A program made the translations under genes and the position numbers. 64,000 nucleotides of DNA from Acidobacteriaceae bacterium. GTDB taxonomy: Bacteria; Acidobacteriota; Terriglobia; Terriglobales; Acidobacteriaceae. How positions within the stretch are numbered: position 1 is the first letter of the stretch; every line of letters begins with the position of its first letter. A model generated the notes under the pieces. It did no database searches and was not told the DNA's origin. It worked only from the letters and a program-made list of their open reading frames with translations. The stretch is from NCBI GenBank assembly GCA_035605855.1, contig DATNGO010000025.1:1887-65886 (forward strand). The letters are read 5' to 3'. Shown here piece by piece: positions 58,432 through 64,000 of this stretch.

Positions 58432-59577
58432 TCACCGCACCCTCGGCGGCAGCTGCTCTCGTCGAGTCTCCTCGCGCTTGGCCTTCACATTCGCCGCCTT
58501 CAGATTTTCCGTATGCTCCTTCACCATGTCCCGCTCATCGCGTTCCATGCTCTTCTCCACTGCGCCGGGTATCGGTTTCGCCGCAGCCTTCTTCGCCGGA
58601 GCCCGCTTCGCCGCGCTCTTCTTCTCTGTCGGCATGCCGCTTCCGCCCATCAAAAAGCTCGACCACTTCAGCTCCTTCGGCGGCGCGCCCGCGAGCTTCG
58701 CCTTCTCAATCGCGAGCTTCGCGACCTTGTCCACGATCCAGTCGAAGTTCTTCTGCCCCACCGAGTGCACATCCGCATCAGGTGCGGGGTTCATGAAGTC
58801 GATGGCGTACGGCACGCCATCCTCCACGGCGAACTCCACCGTGTTGAGGTCGTAGCCCAGCGCGCGGCACAGCGTCACCGCATCGCGCTCCACACGCTCC
58901 AGCAATCCCTTCGGATATTCCGGCGGGTCCATCACATAGCGCTCATGGTGCGGACGCCTGGGATCGTACGCCATGATCTGGACATCCTTCTGTCCCACCA
59001 CATAGCAGCGGAAGTACTCGTTGAAATTCACCGCCGCCTGCAGTGTCATGCACAGGTCACGGGTCGAGTCATACGCGCGGAAGAACTCATCCGGATTGTG
59101 CACATGATGCACATCACGCCATCCGCCGCCGTCATGCGGCTTCAGAAACGCAGGGAACTTGATGTAGTCGAAGATCCCATCCCAGTTCAGCGGAAACTCC
59201 AGGTTCCTCACCGACTGTTGATTGATCTCCGGCGGAAACAGTTTGTGCGGCAGCAGCACCGTCCGCGGCACCGCCACACCCAGCATCTTCGCGAGCGAGT
59301 AGTTGAAAAACTTATCATCCGCCGACCACCAGAACGGATTGTTGATAATTTGCGTGCCCGTCAGCGCGGCATTCTTCAGATACGCGCGATAGAACGGCAT
59401 GTCATGCGAGATGCGGTCCACGATCACCGCATATCCACTCGGGTCCGCCTCCTTCACACCGCCCACCTGCACAAACTCCGCGCGAATGTCATCAATCTCC
59501 ATCGAGTTGATGCGCTCCACCAGCGCTCCCGGAAACGTGTTCTCCATCCCAAACAACACGCCAATCTTCTTCATCAC
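58432..59577 (-). CDS. RimK/GshB-like ATP-grasp ligase
   Basis: INNPFWW.ADDKF, VPRT..LP, FP.FLKP..GGGW, LQ, NTVEF, IDFMNP.PD; K/A-rich tail. Confidence 0.85.
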   Translation of the reverse strand: MMKKIGVLFGMENTFPGALVERINSMEIDDIRAEFVQVGGVKEADPSGYAVIVDRISHDMPFYRAYLKNAALTGTQIINNPFWWSADDKFFNYSLAKMLGVAVPRTVLLPHKLFPPEINQQSVRNLEFPLNWDGIFDYIKFPAFLKPHDGGGWRDVHHVHNPDEFFRAYDSTRDLCMTLQAAVNFNEYFRCYVVGQKDVQIMAYDPRRPHHERYVMDPPEYPKGLLERVERDAVTLCRALGYDLNTVEFAVEDGVPYAIDFMNPAPDADVHSVGQKNFDWIVDKVAKLAIEKAKLAGAPPKELKWSSFLMGGSGMPTEKKSAAKRAPAKKAAAKPIPGAVEKSMERDERDMVKEHTENLKAANVKAKREETRREQLPPRVR

Positions 59578-59621
59578 GTTTTCCTTTACTGTCTACCTCT
59601 CTACTGTCTGCTGTCTGGCTC

Positions 59622-60338
59622 TCACAGATACACCTGCACCATGCGCTGCCACCATGGCCAGTCGTGTCCCGTATTGTCGCCCCACACATCCAGCCGAACG
59701 GGAATGTCCTTCGCACGCATCACCGCGGCCAGCCTCTCGTTGTCGTTCCAGCACTGGTCGTGCACTCCGGTCGCCAGCACGTAGGTCCGCCTCCGCATCT
59801 TGCCCAGCACGCACGCATCGTGCAGGTTGGGCAGAAAGTCCAGCGGCAGGTTGAAGTACACGTCATCGTCGTAATACCCGCCAAGAAATCCGAGGCTCTT
59901 CAGATCGAACGCTCCACTCATCGAGAGAAATCCCGTGAACACATCCGGATGCCTTAGCGCGCAGTTCACTGCATGAAAGCCGCCGAAGCTGCACCCCGCC
60001 GTCACCAGGTGCGGCTGTTTATTGTGATGCCGAATGACCGGCACCACCTCCTCGACGATGTATTTGTCGTACTGCACCTGGCGCGCAATCCGCCACCGCG
60101 GCCCCACATTGCGGTTGTACCAGCTCTCCGAATCCAGCGAGTCCACGCAGATGAGCTGCAGCTCTCCACGCTCGATCTTTCCCGCCACCGCTGCCACCAT
60201 CCCGCGGTCTTCAAACTCGTAAAACTTTCCCTGCGAGGTCGGGAACACAATCGCCGGCAGGCCGTCATGGCCAAACACCAGCAGCTCCATCTCCCGCCCC
60301 AGCTCCGGTGAGTACCACTTGTGATACTCACGCTTCAT
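59622..60338 (-). CDS. alpha/beta hydrolase (esterase family)
   Basis: FPTS.G...E.ED.GM, GCSFGG, SMSG.FD, HDWPWW. Confidence 0.9.
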   Translation of the reverse strand: MKREYHKWYSPELGREMELLVFGHDGLPAIVFPTSQGKFYEFEDRGMVAAVAGKIERGELQLICVDSLDSESWYNRNVGPRWRIARQVQYDKYIVEEVVPVIRHHNKQPHLVTAGCSFGGFHAVNCALRHPDVFTGFLSMSGAFDLKSLGFLGGYYDDDVYFNLPLDFLPNLHDACVLGKMRRRTYVLATGVHDQCWNDNERLAAVMRAKDIPVRLDVWGDNTGHDWPWWQRMVQVYL

Positions 60339-60407
60339 CGCGCACCCCTCTGGTACCCTGAGGTCTCACCCGGCTCCCCACTCTGGATCCAGGAATACCG
60401 CAACGTT

Positions 60408-61322
60408 TTGCCCCTCGACTCACCTGCAGATTCGCGCAACACCATCCCCCTCGACCGTGCGTCACCGGGCGCTCCGTCAAGCTTCGCGCCTCTCGAACCC
60501 GCCCCACGTCCTGACAACGATCTCTCTCCCGGGCACGAGCTCGACAACAACCCGCGCTTCCTTGTCCTCCGGCAGTTCCAGTCGCGCTTCCTGCCCGATG
60601 CTCGCGACATCGAAGTCTACCTGCCGGAAGCCTACATCAACGAACCTGCGCGCCAATTTCCTGTCTTCTATCTGCACGACGGCCAGAACCTCTTCGACGG
60701 CCGCACCTCCTACATTCCCGAGCACACCTGGCAGGCTCACTCCACCGCCGACCGCCTCACCCGCCAGGGCCTCATCGAGCCCGTCATCCTCGTCGGCATC
60801 AACAACACCGGCCTCCGTCGCATGGCCGAGTACACGCCCACCCGCGACCCGGGCCTGCGCGGCGGAGACGGCGACCTCTACGGCCGTCTCCTGGTCGAAG
60901 AGCTGAAGCCCTGCATCGACCGGACCTTCCGCACCCTCCGCGACTCCGCCAACACCGCGCTCGGCGGCTCGTCCCTCGGTGGCCTCATCTCGCTCTACTT
61001 CGGCTTCACCTATCCCGAGGTCTTCTCCAAGCTCGCCGTCATGTCGCCCAGCGTCTGGTGGAACGACCGCGCCATCCTTCGCACCCTCTCTGCCGGCCAC
61101 ATCCGCCCCAACCTCCGCATCTGGCTGGACATGGGCACAGCCGAAGGCCAGCGCCACCTCCGCGACACAGACATCCTCTACCGCCGCCTCGTCCAGAGCG
61201 GCTGGCGCGACGGGTTCGACCTCTGTTATCTGCGCGTCCCTGGCGGCCAGCACAACGAGGACGCCTGGGCCGCCCGGCTCGACCAGGTGCTTCGCTTCCT
61301 CTTCCCGGCGCAGCGCACCTGA
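60408..61322 (+). CDS. alpha/beta hydrolase (esterase family); start uncertain
   Basis: VYLP, YLHDGQNLFD, R..EY, GGSSLGG, SPS.WW, DMGT.E, HNE..W. Confidence 0.9.
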   Translation: MPLDSPADSRNTIPLDRASPGAPSSFAPLEPAPRPDNDLSPGHELDNNPRFLVLRQFQSRFLPDARDIEVYLPEAYINEPARQFPVFYLHDGQNLFDGRTSYIPEHTWQAHSTADRLTRQGLIEPVILVGINNTGLRRMAEYTPTRDPGLRGGDGDLYGRLLVEELKPCIDRTFRTLRDSANTALGGSSLGGLISLYFGFTYPEVFSKLAVMSPSVWWNDRAILRTLSAGHIRPNLRIWLDMGTAEGQRHLRDTDILYRRLVQSGWRDGFDLCYLRVPGGQHNEDAWAARLDQVLRFLFPAQRT

Positions 61323-61466
61323 CCTTCCGTTTGCGCATTCGCTAAAAATTAGCGATACTTAGGTGTTCGGAATCATAACGCCCGCCCGCCGTGTCGACAT
61401 CGTCCGCGGCCAGCAGCACGGCTCCTGAACCCAAATTTCAAAAGATTCTCTGAGAGGACCTTTCCA

Positions 61467-61724
61467 GTGTTGATGATTCGTCTGGCGCGCGTTGGCGCCC
61501 GCAAGCAGCCGCACTACCGCGTCGTTGTTATCGAGAAGGACCGCGCCCGCAACGGACGCTCCATCGAGGTGGTGGGCACTTACAATCCGCGCACCAACCC
61601 CGCCAGCGTCGACCTCAAGCGTGACCGGATCGACTACTGGACTTCGAAGGGTGCCCAGCTCTCGGACAGAGTCGGCAAGCTGCTCACCAGGCAGCAGCCG
61701 GCTGCCGAAGCTCCTGCCGCCTAA
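61467..61724 (+). CDS. rpsP: 30S ribosomal protein S16
   Basis: IRL.R.G..K.P.YR.VV, RNGR.IE.VG.YNP, W...GAQ.S. Confidence 0.98.
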   Translation: MLMIRLARVGARKQPHYRVVVIEKDRARNGRSIEVVGTYNPRTNPASVDLKRDRIDYWTSKGAQLSDRVGKLLTRQQPAAEAPAA

Positions 61725-61821
61725 AGTAATCCACACAGGATCATTTGGTAAGTGGATATATTACCGAAGTACAACCCAAAGACTTGGGCCGATACCGTCG
61801 CCCTAACGTAGACTTCCTCAG

Positions 61822-61855
61822 AAGCCGCACCCTCTTTTGGAGGTGCGACTCTTTT
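61822..61855 (+). terminator. terminator-like hairpin between rpsP and khpA
   Basis: AGCCGCACC...GGTGCGACT then CTTTT; imperfect stem. Confidence 0.5.
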
Positions 61856-61988
61856 AACCGGGCCTTGTTTTAAAATCAATTTTTACTGCCTGGTCGCAGT
61901 TCGTCGTAGTCGCATTCCCCTCCGGGACATCTTCCGCAGAGAAGATGGCTCTGGCGATGAAAACGCCTGTGCGAGCTTTTGAGGTGGA

Positions 61989-62294
61989 GTGGTGACAGAA
62001 ACATTAGATTCTTCAGACCCGGTCTCGGAAATCCGCACTCTCGTCACTGAGATTGCACAGGCCCTGGTGGACGATCCCGCAGCCGTCAAGGTCGAGGTCA
62101 TCCTCGAACAGGACACGGCTGTGCTCAGGCTCGAAGTTGCTCCCTCCGACGTCGGCAAGGTCATCGGCAAGCAGGGCCGCACAGCGCGCTCGCTCCGCAC
62201 GATCCTTGGCGCCGCCAGCATGAAGCACAGACGTCGCTTCGCGCTGGACATCGTCGAGGCCAACGACCGCCCCGCCGGCCAGGACGAAGAGTAA
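61989..62294 (+). CDS. khpA: KH-domain RNA-binding protein KhpA
   Basis: ALVD.P..V, D.GKVIGKQGRTA..LRT; conserved position after rpsP. Confidence 0.93.
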   Translation: MVTETLDSSDPVSEIRTLVTEIAQALVDDPAAVKVEVILEQDTAVLRLEVAPSDVGKVIGKQGRTARSLRTILGAASMKHRRRFALDIVEANDRPAGQDEE

Positions 62295-62365
62295 TTCCGG
62301 TCCACGGCAGGAAGCGCGAAACCCTTTAGTCACGCGTGTATTTACTTGCTTCGCGAAGGTTCCCT

Positions 62366-63046
62366 TTGACCGAGAACGTACCCTCGCCCGCATCCCCGGC
62401 TGGCTCCGCGTCATGGATTCCGGCCGCCCGTCTGATGCGCCCGCAAGGACGCCGCGGCGAACTGCTCGCCGAGCTCCTCAGCGATCTTCCCGGGCTCTTC
62501 GCGCCCGGTCGCCGCGTCTCGCTCGCGGCCAGCGGCACTGCCCCCGCAACCGAGACCACGATCGAGTCCCACTGGTCGCCTACCGGCCGCAACGCCGGCC
62601 GCGTCGTGCTCAAACTCGCTGGTATCGATACCATCTCCGCCGCCGAGCTCCTCGCCGGCCGCGAACTCCTCGCCCTCGCCTCCGATCTTCCCCCGCTTGA
62701 GGCTGACACCTGGTTCGTCCGCGACCTTCTCGGCTGCCGGCTCTTCGATGGTGTCACGCTCATCGGCGAGATCACTGGCGTCGAGTACCCCATGTCCAGC
62801 GATGGCAGAACACGGCTTCCGGATGCCGCACCTCTGCTGGAGGTAACTTTGAATCGCGGTGCCCAACGTAATTTAATTGCCTCGCCTCACGACACCATCG
62901 GTCACCCTGAAACCGCACTGATTCCGTTCATCAAATCCTGGCTCGACTCCGTCGACCTCCATGAGAAGCGCCTGGTCATGCACCTTCCCGCCGGCCTGGT
63001 CACACTCGATGTCGCACCCGATTCTGCCGGAGACGAGTCCGCCTGA
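62366..63046 (+). CDS. rimM: ribosome maturation factor RimM
   Basis: RPQG..GE, KL.G.D....AE.L.G, DL.G, LIPF; between khpA and trmD. Confidence 0.9.
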   Translation: MTENVPSPASPAGSASWIPAARLMRPQGRRGELLAELLSDLPGLFAPGRRVSLAASGTAPATETTIESHWSPTGRNAGRVVLKLAGIDTISAAELLAGRELLALASDLPPLEADTWFVRDLLGCRLFDGVTLIGEITGVEYPMSSDGRTRLPDAAPLLEVTLNRGAQRNLIASPHDTIGHPETALIPFIKSWLDSVDLHEKRLVMHLPAGLVTLDVAPDSAGDESA

Positions 63047-63185
63047 ACGCAAAGGCTTGCCCTAAAAAATCATCTGATTGCATCCGTATAGATCCGTTAT
63101 CGGCCGCTGAGCCTCGTACAACCCTTCGCAACCTCTCCGCTCCTCCCTGCACTAGACTCGAATCGCGGACCCCGCAAAATCACGC

Positions 63186-64000
63186 ATGCGCTTCGACCTC
63201 GTCACACTCTTTCCCGGTTTCTTTGAGAGCACGCTTCGCTACGGCATCCTCGAGCGCGCGCTCCGCTCCGGCCACGCCTCCGTAGACACCCACGACCTCC
63301 GCAACTGGACCCACGACCGCCACCGCACCGTGGACGACCGCCCCTTCGGCGGCGGCGAAGGCATGGTCCTCAAGCCGCAGCCCATCTTCGAATGTGTTGA
63401 ATCCCTCGGCGTCACACCGAAGCTCACGCGTGACCTCACCAGCGAATCCGTGATCCTTCTCTCCGCGCAGGGCAAGCGTTTCACGCAATCCACCGCGCGC
63501 CACCTGGCCTCACTCTCGCGCGTCGTCCTCATCTGCGGGCGCTACGAAGGCGTCGACGAGCGCGTCTCGCAGCTCCTCTCGGACGACGAGCTCTCCATCG
63601 GCGACTTCGTCCTCTCCGGCGGAGAGCTCGCTGCAGCCGTCGTCATCGATGCCACCGTCCGCCTGCTCCCCGGTGTCCTCGGCCACGAAGACTCCTCCCT
63701 CTACGAGAGCTTCGGCCTCGGCGACGATGCACATGCCACCGGCAACACCCCCGACGGCGTCCCCCGCTCCACCCACGGTGCAGGCGGCCTTCTGGACTAC
63801 CCCCACTACACGCGCCCCGCCGAATTCCGCGGCGTAACCGTCCCCGAGATCCTCTCCGGCGGCGATCACTCCGCCATCCGCCGCTGGCGTCGCCAGGCCG
63901 CTCTCGCCAAAACCCTCGCCAATCGGCCCGACTTGCTCAACGAAGCGAGCCTCAGCGACGACGACCGGAAGTTCCTGAGCTCGCTCGGCCAACTCGCACG
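63186..64000 (+). CDS. trmD: tRNA (guanine37-N1)-methyltransferase, runs off the window end
   Basis: MRFDLVTLFP, VDDRPFGGGEGM, LICGRYEGVDER, SIGDFVLSGGE, LDYPHYTRP; missing from the ORF track because it has no stop in the window. Confidence 0.97.
   Translation, partial: MRFDLVTLFPGFFESTLRYGILERALRSGHASVDTHDLRNWTHDRHRTVDDRPFGGGEGMVLKPQPIFECVESLGVTPKLTRDLTSESVILLSAQGKRFTQSTARHLASLSRVVLICGRYEGVDERVSQLLSDDELSIGDFVLSGGELAAAVVIDATVRLLPGVLGHEDSSLYESFGLGDDAHATGNTPDGVPRSTHGAGGLLDYPHYTRPAEFRGVTVPEILSGGDHSAIRRWRRQAALAKTLANRPDLLNEASLSDDDRKFLSSLGQLA

Overview
GC-rich chromosomal segment, probably from an acidobacterium (Acidobacteriaceae-like). The inference rests on two TIGR03435-type proteins, GGGTGCCCC-type REPs and a GTTC-N7-(G/A)TTC box at lexA. 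Most of the window is housekeeping and metabolic: pnp-rpsO, lexA, ftsB, bioY, mqnD, tRNA-Lys(CTT), bshC, polX, citrate synthase, cysteine desulfurase, a sulfite reductase/siroheme operon, phhA and rpsP-khpA-rimM-trmD. The most notable items are: (1) an unannotated, apparently leaderless Cys/Met-rich 24-aa leader ORF followed by a long helix and a terminator ahead of the sulfite reductase operon, a candidate cysteine-sensing attenuator; (2) a six-gene cluster with three different amide-bond ligases, an aminopeptidase and two esterases, a candidate uncharacterised peptide synthesis or tagging system; (3) a flagellar regulatory cassette with a stand-alone 79-aa HisKA/DHp protein, a sigma54 activator lacking an HTH, and readable sigma54->fliA and sigma28->flgM promoters; (4) a RAYT transposase flanked by REPs, one REP of that family translated inside a protein, and several other dispersed repeat families; (5) many apparently leaderless genes. 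All calls come from reading motifs by eye; no database searches or folding programs were run.
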